A stretch of 60,130 nt of DNA. It comes from Clostridiales bacterium UBA1740 (GTDB taxonomy: Bacteria > Bacillota > Clostridia > Oscillospirales > CAG-272). Positions 30,030 to 38,850 of this stretch are shown here, piece after piece. The stretch is taken from contig DCHY01000035.1 of NCBI GenBank assembly GCA_002315715.1, positions 1 to 60,130 on the forward strand. The letters are read 5' to 3'. The position numbers and the translations under genes are program-made. Below the pieces are notes generated by a model, which was given only the letters and a program-made list of their open reading frames with translations, was not told where the DNA came from and did not search any database. Each line of letters opens with the position of its first letter. Position 1 is the first letter of the stretch.

Positions 30030-30047
30030 TCGGAGGATAATGAAATT

Positions 30048-31034
30048 ATGGATAGCAACGTACGTCCCGCCACTATGGCACGCATCAACAATAAAGAACT
30101 TGCAGAAGCGTTCATTGCGGAGCAGGTAAAACTCCTTCGCGAACAGATCGGCGACAAAAAAGTCCTCCTTGCTCTTTCCGGCGGTGTTGACTCTTCCGTC
30201 GTAGCCGCGCTTCTCATCAAAGCCATCGGCAAACAGCTCACTTGCGTACACGTCAACCACGGTCTTCTCCGTAAAGGCGAACCCGAGCAGGTTATCAAAG
30301 TGTTCCGCGATGAACTCGGCGCCAACCTCGTTTACGTCGACGCAACCGACAGATTTCTCGATCAGCTTGCCGGCGTTTCCGAACCCGAATCCAAGAGAAA
30401 GATTATCGGTAAAGTCTTCATTGACGTTTTCGCGGAAGAAGCCAAGAAACTTGACGGTATCGAATTTTTGGCACAGGGTACTATCTACCCCGACATTCTC
30501 GAATCCAAGGGCGTAAAGGCACACCACAACGTCGGCGGCCTCCCCGAGGATCTCAAGTTTGACCTCGTCGAACCCGTTAAACTTCTTTATAAAGACGAAG
30601 TCCGCATGGTTGGTAAAACTCTCGGTCTTCCCGACAGCATGGTTTACCGTCAGCCGTTCCCCGGACCGGGACTCGGTGTCCGTTGCATCGGCGCCATCAC
30701 TCGCGACCGTTTGAACGCCTTGAGAGAAGCCGACGCCATCGTCCGTGAAGAAATCGGCAAACTCCCCGTTACCCCTTGGCAGTATTTCTGCGCTATCCCC
30801 GACCTTCAGTCGACGGGTATCAAGTACGATGAAAACGGCAAGGGCGAGCGTTACATGGGTTGGGCTTGCATCATCCGTGCCATCAACACGGTAGACGCCG
30901 TCAAAGCCACCGTTCCCGAAATTCCCTTCGACGTCCTTTGCAAAATGCGTGACGAGATCGTTAAGATCCCCGGCATCAATAGAGTTCTTTGGGACATTTC
31001 CGAGAAACCCGTTGCCACCATCGAGTGGGAGTGA
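30048..31034 (+). CDS. guaA: GMP synthase ATP-pyrophosphatase plus dimerisation domains only (subunit-B-like; no GATase domain)
   Basis: PP-loop LALSGGVDSSVVAALL starts about 40 aa from the N-terminus. HHNVGGLPE, and canonical C-terminus PVATIEWE. 328 aa versus about 510-525 aa for fused GuaA. Confidence 0.85.
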   Translation: MDSNVRPATMARINNKELAEAFIAEQVKLLREQIGDKKVLLALSGGVDSSVVAALLIKAIGKQLTCVHVNHGLLRKGEPEQVIKVFRDELGANLVYVDATDRFLDQLAGVSEPESKRKIIGKVFIDVFAEEAKKLDGIEFLAQGTIYPDILESKGVKAHHNVGGLPEDLKFDLVEPVKLLYKDEVRMVGKTLGLPDSMVYRQPFPGPGLGVRCIGAITRDRLNALREADAIVREEIGKLPVTPWQYFCAIPDLQSTGIKYDENGKGERYMGWACIIRAINTVDAVKATVPEIPFDVLCKMRDEIVKIPGINRVLWDISEKPVATIEWE

Positions 31035-31073
31035 TTTTTCGCCGTTTGACGAAAATCGTCACCAAACCATAAA

Positions 31074-31112
31074 GAAAATCCCGACCGTTCGGTCGGGATT
31101 TTTTGCGTTTTT
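31074..31112 (+). terminator. Terminator after guaA; copy 1 of a repeated hairpin of about 38 nt
   Basis: AAAATCCCGACCGTTCGGTCGGGATTTTTTGCGTTTTTG. Near-identical to 32184-32220. Confidence 0.85.
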
Positions 31113-31162
31113 GAAGCACTTACCGCCAGATAACAAAAAGATTATTAAATTGCTTCTCTCTG

Positions 31163-31191
31163 TTGAAATATGAAAATAATAATGATATACT
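31163..31191 (+). promoter_or_regulatory. Sigma-A-type promoter (TTGAAA-17-TATACT)
   Basis: Hexamers at 31163-31168 and 31186-31191, upstream of the secreted-protein gene. Confidence 0.45.
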
Positions 31192-31259
31192 ATTGGGGCT
31201 CGCGTGAAAAAACCGTCTTGTTGCGGTGCTTGCGCGAAGAAAAAATGAGGAAATATAGT

Positions 31260-32138
31260 ATGAAAAAAGTATTAAAACTCTCTCTTCTTTGTCTTTGCCT
31301 TGTTACGGTGTTTTGCGTGACGGCTACCGTATCTTCTGCCGAACAAACCCCTTCGGCAACAAAAGTGGAAGGCGCTTTCACCTCCGCAACTTTTGCGAGC
31401 AGCGTCTCGGAACCCGAAGTTTCTAACGTCATGATTCCCATCAGCCAAGCCGAAACCTACGAGCACATGATTTACGGAATTTACGGTTTCAACAGCGAAA
31501 CCGGAAAATATCTTTGCCTTGGGTTTGAAAGCGGCACGCCCGGCATGACTGAAGAATATTCCGTAAAAGAAATCAACTACGATATTTTCTGCGGTATGGA
31601 ATATTACGTTGTCGGCGGTTCCTACACGTCCGTAAAAGCACCGAGCGGCTACACGGTGTCAAAGGTTGTTCGTTCCGTTGACGAGTTGACTTCGTTCCGT
31701 GGCAATAAGGATTTGTCGAAAGACGAATATATGGCGTTGATCCAGACGGTTTTTGATTCTTCGAACGAAGAACAGGAGATTTGGAACTGCAAGGTTATGA
31801 TCACCTACGCCAACGAAGACGGAAGTTACATGGTTTACGATCCTCAGGGAAATGAAATACTCCCTTGCACAACCGGCGAAATTGACGGTATGTTTGATGA
31901 CGGCGAAGGCGACTATTGGGCGGTTATTTTGGAGAAAACAGAAGAACCCGCCGCTGTCACCCCCGAAACGCAAACCAAGAATTTCCCCGTTTGGGCAATC
32001 GTTTTGATTTCTCTCGCCGGCGTCATCGGCCTGTATGCCGCAGCATATTTCTTCCTTTTCAAAAAAGGTCTTTTGACTGCTTCCGTGTTTACGAAGATTT
32101 TCCTTCCCATGGATAAAATCTTTGTGAAAAAAGCGTAA
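31260..32138 (+). CDS. Secreted hypothetical protein with a C-terminal TM anchor
   Basis: Signal peptide MKKVLKLSLLCLCLVTVFCVTATVSSAEQ and C-terminal helix FPVWAIVLISLAGVIGLYAAAYFFLF. GAGGA RBS before the ATG at 31260. No family recognised. Confidence 0.6.
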   Translation: MKKVLKLSLLCLCLVTVFCVTATVSSAEQTPSATKVEGAFTSATFASSVSEPEVSNVMIPISQAETYEHMIYGIYGFNSETGKYLCLGFESGTPGMTEEYSVKEINYDIFCGMEYYVVGGSYTSVKAPSGYTVSKVVRSVDELTSFRGNKDLSKDEYMALIQTVFDSSNEEQEIWNCKVMITYANEDGSYMVYDPQGNEILPCTTGEIDGMFDDGEGDYWAVILEKTEEPAAVTPETQTKNFPVWAIVLISLAGVIGLYAAAYFFLFKKGLLTASVFTKIFLPMDKIFVKKA

Positions 32139-32183
32139 CGGATAAACAAATACGCAATTCGTTTCAAACTCAATAAACGATAA

Positions 32184-32220
32184 AAAATCCCGACCGTTTG
32201 GTCGGGATTTTTGCATTTTG
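32184..32220. terminator. Bidirectional terminator; copy 2 of the repeated hairpin
   Basis: AAAATCCCGACCGTTTGGTCGGGATTTTTGCATTTTG. It lies between the convergent secreted-protein gene and the LysR gene. Confidence 0.85.
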
Positions 32221-32227
32221 CAAACGT

Positions 32228-33184
32228 TTATTTGCAAAATGATTTATTTATTTGTCGGTTTTTCCCGTACACTTCCTTTGCCGTTTCGATAAAAGCGAGG
32301 GCGGCACGCGAAAGATAACGGTTTTTCTTATAGCCTATCGACATGGTACGTTTGGCAAAATCGCTCTTGAGCGCGTAATACAAACAACCCGAGCCCGAGG
32401 CTTTTTGCACCAAAACGTCGGTGACGAAGGTAATGCCCATGCCGGCACGGCAAAGGTTATAGGCGGTGATCAACTGGTCCAGGTGGATGAGCGGTTTCGG
32501 ATCGAATCCGGCTTCGCGGCAAAGCGAAAACGCACGGCGGCACATATCGTTGCCGGGCTTCAAAAGGAGAAAGGTTTCTTCCCCGAATAGCGAAAGGTCA
32601 ACGGCGGGCGCCGTCTTTCCCGTTCCCATCTGTTTTGCCGTCATGGCAAAGGCGGAAAGACTGTCGTTGATGGGAAACGACTCCGGAACCGCGAGATAGA
32701 TTTTTTCCTCAAAAAGTTCTTCCGCCTCGTAGAGCGCCGGGTCAAAATCGTGCGCCACCAAGAGGTCGATGGAGTCGTTGAGGAGCATTTGACGGAGGTT
32801 AGGGGAGTTGGACTCCGTCAAATCCACCGAAATACCGGCGTATTTGGCGGAAAATTTCATAAGGATTTCGGGGAGAATAAACGATGAAACAAAGTTTTCG
32901 CCGCTCACCGAAAGTGACCCGGCGCGCAGATTCGCCATATCCGCCAAGCGGTCATGGAGCGAACGCTCGACGGAGCGCAACTGTTCCACCGCGGCGATAT
33001 AAACTTCTCCCTCCCCCGTCAGGGAAAGCGGCGTCGTCGAACGGTCAAAAATCGTAATGCCGAGTTCCTCCTCCACCTTTTTCACCGTCATGGACAGCGC
33101 CGGTTGAGAAACAAACAGTTTTTTTGCCGCTCCCGAAAAGGAGCGCTCTTCCCAAATGGTGTAGATATAATTCTGTTCTTTCAT
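32228..33184 (-). CDS. LysR-family transcriptional regulator
   Basis: N-terminal HTH (ERSFSGAAKKLFVSQPALSMTVKKVEEELG) plus a substrate-binding domain. Divergent from the TAXI-TRAP genes. The ATG at 33184 is preferred over the TTG at 33199. Confidence 0.85.
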   Translation of the reverse strand: MKEQNYIYTIWEERSFSGAAKKLFVSQPALSMTVKKVEEELGITIFDRSTTPLSLTGEGEVYIAAVEQLRSVERSLHDRLADMANLRAGSLSVSGENFVSSFILPEILMKFSAKYAGISVDLTESNSPNLRQMLLNDSIDLLVAHDFDPALYEAEELFEEKIYLAVPESFPINDSLSAFAMTAKQMGTGKTAPAVDLSLFGEETFLLLKPGNDMCRRAFSLCREAGFDPKPLIHLDQLITAYNLCRAGMGITFVTDVLVQKASGSGCLYYALKSDFAKRTMSIGYKKNRYLSRAALAFIETAKEVYGKNRQINKSFCK

Positions 33185-33231
33185 GCCTTTACCTATCAAT
33201 AATTTTTATAGAAATCATTTTATTATTGTAT

Positions 33232-33260
33232 TTGATTATAGCATACCGCTGTGTTATAAT
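33232..33260 (+). promoter_or_regulatory. Sigma-A-type promoter with extended -10 (TTGATT-17-TGTTATAAT)
   Basis: Read directly in the LysR/TAXI divergent intergenic region. Confidence 0.5.
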
Positions 33261-33294
33261 CAATATGCTTTTATTAATATTGGAGGAAAAAATC

Positions 33295-34260
33295 ATGAAA
33301 AAAATTATTGCGCTTCTCGTTCTCGTCGCTATTTTGGCTACCTTTGCTTGCTCTTGCGGCGATAACGCAAAACTTCGTTTCGTTACCGGCGGTGAGTCGG
33401 GTACCTACTATGCTTTCGGTTCTGTCATTGCACAGCATGCCACGAACAATGCCGGTGTGCAAGTCAATGCCTTGGTCGGTAACGGGTCTAAGAGTAACGT
33501 GCAGGAGCTGGAAGATAACAATGCCGAACTCGCTTTCTGTCAGTCCGACGTTATGGCATATGCTTACAACGGCACGAATCTTTTTAATGCTCCAATCACC
33601 TGTTTCTCTACTGTTGCGGCTCTTTATACCGAGCAGGTTCAGATTGTCACCACGGACCCCACCATCAAATCCGTTGCCGATCTTCAGGGCAAAAAAGTGT
33701 CTGTTGGTGCAGCAGGTTCCGGTGTTTATTTCAACGCCGTCGACATCCTTTCTGCCTATGGAATTGGCGATAGAAACGACAAAGGTGAGTTTACGAAGAT
33801 CGATGCAACTTACCAATCTTTCGGCGATTCTGCTGATGCTTTGAAAAACGGTCAGATTCATGCCGCTTTCATTGTCGCCGGTGCTCCTACAACGGCTGTC
33901 GTTGATTTGGCAACGACGAAGGATGTTTACCTTGTTTCCCTTGACGATACACACATTGCTTCTTTGCTCGAAACGTCTCCTTACTACGCCGAGTGCACCA
34001 TTCCCGCCAGCGTTTACGGAACCGATTCCGATATTAAAACGGTTGGTGTAGGTGCAGTCATTCTTGCAAAGAACTCTGTTTCCGAAGAAGATATTTATCA
34101 TTTTGTCGCAGATATTTTTGATAATTATGAAAACTTGACTAAGAACCATGCTAAATATTCGGAACTCAGTTTTGAATATGCAACTTCCATCACCTCCGTT
34201 CCTTATCATGCAGGTGCTGCGAAGTACTTTGAGGAAAAGGGTTACACCGTCAACAAATAA
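33295..34260 (+). CDS. TAXI-family TRAP transporter solute-binding (lipo)protein
   Basis: Signal/lipobox-like MKKIIALLVLVAILATFACSCG and the TAXI hallmark TGGESGTYYAFGSVIA. GGAGGA RBS before the ATG at 33295. Confidence 0.85.
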   Translation: MKKIIALLVLVAILATFACSCGDNAKLRFVTGGESGTYYAFGSVIAQHATNNAGVQVNALVGNGSKSNVQELEDNNAELAFCQSDVMAYAYNGTNLFNAPITCFSTVAALYTEQVQIVTTDPTIKSVADLQGKKVSVGAAGSGVYFNAVDILSAYGIGDRNDKGEFTKIDATYQSFGDSADALKNGQIHAAFIVAGAPTTAVVDLATTKDVYLVSLDDTHIASLLETSPYYAECTIPASVYGTDSDIKTVGVGAVILAKNSVSEEDIYHFVADIFDNYENLTKNHAKYSELSFEYATSITSVPYHAGAAKYFEEKGYTVNK

Positions 34261-34277
34261 TTGTCCTGGTTATCCGG

Positions 34278-34306
34278 CGGGGCTGTTTTGCGACAGCCCC
34301 GTTTGC
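34278..34306 (+). promoter_or_regulatory. Intercistronic hairpin (possible partial terminator or mRNA stabiliser) between the binding-protein and permease genes
   Basis: CGGGGCTGT-TTTGCG-ACAGCCCCG followed by TTTGCT. Confidence 0.45.
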
Positions 34307-34344
34307 TCGTAAACGCAATTCTCGATTAGAAAGTAGATGTTATC

Positions 34345-36378
34345 ATGACCTTATTCAAGAAAAAAAACGCCGCGGTGGAAGCTGTGGAAAGCGACAATCT
34401 TGACGATATCATGCGTAAGTATGATAAAGAATCCAATACCAGAATATGGACCGGCTTTCCCAAAATCATAGTATCGGGCTGTCTTCTGTTGTTCTCTCTT
34501 TACTGCATTTACATGACTTTGTTCAGTACCGAATTGCCGGAAACCAAACTCAGCCGTTTTTTGGCGTTTGTGATTATTGCAGGTTTGCTTATTTATCCTG
34601 CGAATAAAAAACACGTTAGAGAAAATTATTTGCCTTGGTACGATATAGCCTTGATAGTTGCGGGAGCTTTTTGCTTCCTCTATTTTGCCTTTGACGCCAT
34701 GACACTTTTGCAACTGGCAACACGTATTCAGCCTTTTCATGTAATCCTTGGTGTTATCGGTATTTTGGTGTTGATTGAACTTTGCCGTCGCTGCGTTGGT
34801 ATTCCGATCCTTTGCATCGTCGGTGCTTTGTTGATTTATGCTTTTGCAAATCAACTTTCCTACGGAGCATCTTTTTACAGTGCTCTTAAAAACATTATTT
34901 ATAAGTTGTTTTACACCACCAGCGGCGTTATTGGTACTCCGATAAATGTTTGCTATACCTACATCGTTCTTTTCATTATTTTCGGCGCATTTCTCGAAAG
35001 AACCGGAATTGCAAACTTCTTTATTTCTCTGGCAAACCGCATCGCCGGTTGGTCTTCGGGCGGACCTGCCAAGGTAGCCGTTATTTCCTCGGCTCTTTGC
35101 GGCATGGTTTCCGGCTCCTCCGTCGGTAATACCGTTACCACCGGTTCCGTTACTATCCCGATGATGAAAAAGACGGGTTATAAACCCGAGTTTGCCGCTG
35201 CCGTCGAAGCTTCCGCTTCCACCGGCGGACAAATCATGCCGCCCATCATGGGCGCCGCCGCTTTCTTAATGGCGGAATATATGCGAATCCCATACACCCA
35301 AGTTGCACTCAAAGCCATTCTTCCTGCCGTTTTGTATTTTGCCGGCATCTTCATCGCCGTTCACCTCGAAGCCAAAAAACTCGGGCTTAAAGGTGTTGCA
35401 AAAGAAGAACTGCCGAAGTGGTCTTTCCTTGCCAAGAACTGCTATCTTTTGCTTCCTTTGATTCTTCTGATTTGGCTCGTATCTTCCGGCGCGAGAACGA
35501 TGGCATATTCTGCTGCTTTTTCCATTATTGCGGCTTTTGTCATCGGCTCTGTAAATACTGTCATTACAGAAGTTCAGAATAGAGCGGAGGGCGAAAACAA
35601 GGAAGAGGCAGTGATTCGCGGATTGAAGATTTCGGGTAAAAATGCCATTGATGCTCTCGTTGCCGGCGCGAAAGGCTCTATTACCGTTGCTGTTGCCTGT
35701 GCAATGGCAGGAATGATTGCCGGTTGTATTACGGTCACCGGTCTTGCGTCCACACTTATCAACGGTATCGTATCGGTTGCCGGGAATGCGAGAATTGTTG
35801 GTCTTCTCTTGACAATGCTTTGCTGTATCGTTCTCGGTATGGGCGTGCCCACCACCGCCAACTATTGCATCATGGCAGCCACCTGCGCACCGATTTTGAT
35901 TGAACTTGGTTTTCCTGTCGTTGCCGCTCACTTCTTCGTATTCTATTTCGGTATCGTAGCGGACATCACACCGCCGGTTGCCCTTGCCGCCTATGCCGGC
36001 TCGGCTATCGCCAAATCCAACCCGATGAAAACCGGCGTGACCGCAACGAAACTTGCGATTGCCGCCTTCATCGTCCCCTTCATCTTCGCTTACAGCCCCG
36101 CGATGCTTCTCGAGGGTGTCGGCGCTTGGTATGAACTTGTGATTCTCGTTTTGTCGGCGCTGCTCGGTTTGTTCTCGGTGGCTGCTGGTCTCAACGGTTT
36201 CTTCCTCGGGAAACTGCCTATCCCCTTCCGCGTTGCCCTTGCGGCAGGCGGTCTTTGCATGATGATTCCCGGTACGCTTACCGACATCATCGGCCTTGCC
36301 GTCTTTGTCGGCGTCGTTTTGTTCCAACTTCTCGTCACCAAGAAAAAAGAGCAAACCCCGCCCCCCGCCGTCGCATAA
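34345..36378 (+). CDS. TRAP transporter fused permease (TAXI-type 4TM/12TM fusion)
   Basis: 677-aa polytopic membrane protein immediately downstream of the TAXI binding protein. Typical size and hydrophobicity pattern. Confidence 0.85.
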   Translation: MTLFKKKNAAVEAVESDNLDDIMRKYDKESNTRIWTGFPKIIVSGCLLLFSLYCIYMTLFSTELPETKLSRFLAFVIIAGLLIYPANKKHVRENYLPWYDIALIVAGAFCFLYFAFDAMTLLQLATRIQPFHVILGVIGILVLIELCRRCVGIPILCIVGALLIYAFANQLSYGASFYSALKNIIYKLFYTTSGVIGTPINVCYTYIVLFIIFGAFLERTGIANFFISLANRIAGWSSGGPAKVAVISSALCGMVSGSSVGNTVTTGSVTIPMMKKTGYKPEFAAAVEASASTGGQIMPPIMGAAAFLMAEYMRIPYTQVALKAILPAVLYFAGIFIAVHLEAKKLGLKGVAKEELPKWSFLAKNCYLLLPLILLIWLVSSGARTMAYSAAFSIIAAFVIGSVNTVITEVQNRAEGENKEEAVIRGLKISGKNAIDALVAGAKGSITVAVACAMAGMIAGCITVTGLASTLINGIVSVAGNARIVGLLLTMLCCIVLGMGVPTTANYCIMAATCAPILIELGFPVVAAHFFVFYFGIVADITPPVALAAYAGSAIAKSNPMKTGVTATKLAIAAFIVPFIFAYSPAMLLEGVGAWYELVILVLSALLGLFSVAAGLNGFFLGKLPIPFRVALAAGGLCMMIPGTLTDIIGLAVFVGVVLFQLLVTKKKEQTPPPAVA

Positions 36379-36383
36379 AGTTC

Positions 36384-36412
36384 AGTCCCCCCACGCGGGG
36401 GACTTTTCTTTT
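36384..36412 (+). terminator. Rho-independent terminator after the TRAP permease gene
   Basis: AGTCCCCC-ACGC-GGGGGACT followed by TTTCTTTT. Confidence 0.75.
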
Positions 36413-36482
36413 GTATCTCTGTACTTTTCACTGAAAATATGCTATAATACGAAAAAATAACGTTTGGTGCAAAGGAGCTTTT

Positions 36483-37865
36483 ATGTTTTCCGAACTTCAC
36501 GATTTCGATATTTTCCCCAAAGTCTTTTTGACTGACGTGGATGAGGCTATCACCGTTCATTCCGAGGGGGCGCGCTTTTGCCAAATTGCACCCGGACAAA
36601 CGGTCACGCTCTTGATTTACGAAACGCAAAGGTCGATGGAACACCGCTATGCCGGCTCCGAAAATTGCCGCGAGATGACCGCCACCGCCGACGAAAAAGG
36701 CGATCTGCATTTCGTGCTTAACTGCGCTCGCGAAGGCATGTATTACGTGGATATTTTGACCGGGGAAGAAAAAAAGATGATGACGCGGCTTCGCGTCTAC
36801 GCGCTGGAGCACGATATGGCGGGACTGTACCCGTTCCGCGGTGACTGTCATATGCACACTTGCCGCTCCGACGGACACGATTCACCTGAAACCGTCGTTG
36901 CCAATTACCGTGCCCACGGCTATGATTTCACGGTGATTTCCGATCACTATCGTTATTATCCCTCTCTCGAAGCGAGAAAATTCCTGAAAATCGACGGGGA
37001 AGATAAAAGCCCCATTACCGATCTTCTCGTCGTAACGGGTGAAGAAGTGCAAATGCCGCTCAATCCCGTGCACATCGTCAATTTCGGCGGCAAATTCAGT
37101 ATCAACGCCCTCGTATCTCCCAATAAAGGGGAAGAAGAAGTCGGCGCCGGCACGGAGGTTCGTTCTCTTGACGGTGATTGTCCCTCCGTTCTTCCTTTGC
37201 ACGAATACGAAGCGATGATAAAAGAAAGAGCCAAGGACGTTCCGCTTGCTTTGGAATCGGAACGGCTTTCCTTTGCCGCTTCCGAGTGGATATACGAAAA
37301 AATCAAAGAGGGAGACGGCATCGGCATTTTTGCGCACCCGTATTGGCACGCGCCGACGATGCAGCTTTCCGAATCTTTCGTCAGATATTACTATGAAAAT
37401 GCGCATTACGGCGCTTTCGAAGTGCTCGGCGGTGAAAACTATTATCAGCAAAACGGCTTCCAAACGGCGTTTTACTACGAAGAAAAAGCCAAGGGCTTTG
37501 ACCCTCCCATCGTCGGCAGCACCGACAGCCACAACTCGACGGAGAACAACTCGATGGCGACGCTGGCTTCCACCATCGTCTTTGCCAAAGAAAATACGCG
37601 AAAAGGACTTGTGGAAGCCATCAAGGAAAAGCATACCGTTGCCATCGACTCCATCAGCCGCGAATATCGCCTCGTCGGCGATTTGCGCTTTGTAAAATAC
37701 GGAAGTTTCCTGCTTGAAAACTGGTATCCGTATCACGACCTCGCCTGCGCCGCCGAGGGATATTATCTCGACGCGTATAAAAACGGTGACGCCTGCGCCG
37801 AAACGGTGCTTCGCACCATGAAGGGCAGAATCCCCGCCATGTTGAAAAAATATTTTTCCTTATAA
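36483..37865 (+). CDS. PHP-domain (CehA/McbA-like) metallohydrolase with an N-terminal beta-rich domain of about 115 aa
   Basis: GDCHMHTCRSDGHDSPE and ISDHY motifs typical of PHP-fold metal sites, with later His clusters (FAHPYWH, STDSHN). AAAGGAG RBS. Confidence 0.55.
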   Translation: MFSELHDFDIFPKVFLTDVDEAITVHSEGARFCQIAPGQTVTLLIYETQRSMEHRYAGSENCREMTATADEKGDLHFVLNCAREGMYYVDILTGEEKKMMTRLRVYALEHDMAGLYPFRGDCHMHTCRSDGHDSPETVVANYRAHGYDFTVISDHYRYYPSLEARKFLKIDGEDKSPITDLLVVTGEEVQMPLNPVHIVNFGGKFSINALVSPNKGEEEVGAGTEVRSLDGDCPSVLPLHEYEAMIKERAKDVPLALESERLSFAASEWIYEKIKEGDGIGIFAHPYWHAPTMQLSESFVRYYYENAHYGAFEVLGGENYYQQNGFQTAFYYEEKAKGFDPPIVGSTDSHNSTENNSMATLASTIVFAKENTRKGLVEAIKEKHTVAIDSISREYRLVGDLRFVKYGSFLLENWYPYHDLACAAEGYYLDAYKNGDACAETVLRTMKGRIPAMLKKYFSL

Positions 37866-37875
37866 GGAGATTCAT

Positions 37876-38850
37876 ATGGCTTCGCAAAACAACGCCAAAT
37901 CCAAAATCACCTTGGCGTATGCCGGCATTCTTTTCGTGGTTTTGATTTGGGGACTTTATCCGATTTTAACCTCCGATTTATTGCAACATTATTCGGGCGG
38001 TATGTACACCCTCGGCAGTTCCCTCGTTTCTGCCGCGGCACTCTTTTTGCTGTGTTTGCCGAAACTGAAAAACGTCGATAAATCTTATTTCAAAGTGGCA
38101 ATCCCGACGGGCTTTTTCATGGGACTTGCCAATCTCTTGCAAAAAATAGGGCTTCAGTATACCACCCCCACGCAGTATGCGTTTCTTGAAAATCTGTCCT
38201 GCGTCGTCGTGCCGATTCTGTTGTTCCTTTTCGTGAGAAAAAAGCCGAGCGCCGTTACCGTAACGGCAAGCGTTTTGTGCCTTGTCGGCTGTTTTATTCT
38301 CAGCGGTATGGACGTTTCGGCAGGCAGTTTGGCTTTCGGCAAAGGAGAAATCCTTTGTGCGCTTGCCGGGGTAATGTACGGCGTCAACATCGCCGCCACC
38401 GGCGTCTATGCCAAGAAGATGGACGCCATGGTCTACGTGATGATACAGCAATGGGTAAACGCCGCCGTTGCCGCCGTGGCGGTCTTCGCGTTGGATAAAA
38501 TCAAAATCAACGGTTCGCCGATTGAGAGGGCGGTTTTTTCCTTCGATATTCTTCACGTCCTCAGTATGGCGGGCTTGGTTCTTTGTATCAGTACCCTCGG
38601 TTGGATCATTCGCACCGAGGCGATGAAATACGTGAGCGCAACCGCCGTGGCGATTGTAATGCCGTTTTCCTCGGTGGTGACGGGGGTGATTGCCGTTCTC
38701 ATCGGCGCTGACACCTTCTCACTTCCTTTGCTGTTCGGCGGACTTATCATTTTGGTTTCGTCCATTCTTTCAAGCTTGGACGATATTCTCGACAAGAAAG
38801 AAAAAACGAAACGGAGAGACGTGCATGATGAAAGTAACCGGAACGGGTGA
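37876..38850 (+). CDS. DMT-superfamily (EamA-like) transporter
   Basis: About 10 TM helices in two EamA-like halves. 324 aa. AAGGAG RBS. Confidence 0.75.
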   Translation: MASQNNAKSKITLAYAGILFVVLIWGLYPILTSDLLQHYSGGMYTLGSSLVSAAALFLLCLPKLKNVDKSYFKVAIPTGFFMGLANLLQKIGLQYTTPTQYAFLENLSCVVVPILLFLFVRKKPSAVTVTASVLCLVGCFILSGMDVSAGSLAFGKGEILCALAGVMYGVNIAATGVYAKKMDAMVYVMIQQWVNAAVAAVAVFALDKIKINGSPIERAVFSFDILHVLSMAGLVLCISTLGWIIRTEAMKYVSATAVAIVMPFSSVVTGVIAVLIGADTFSLPLLFGGLIILVSSILSSLDDILDKKEKTKRRDVHDESNRNG

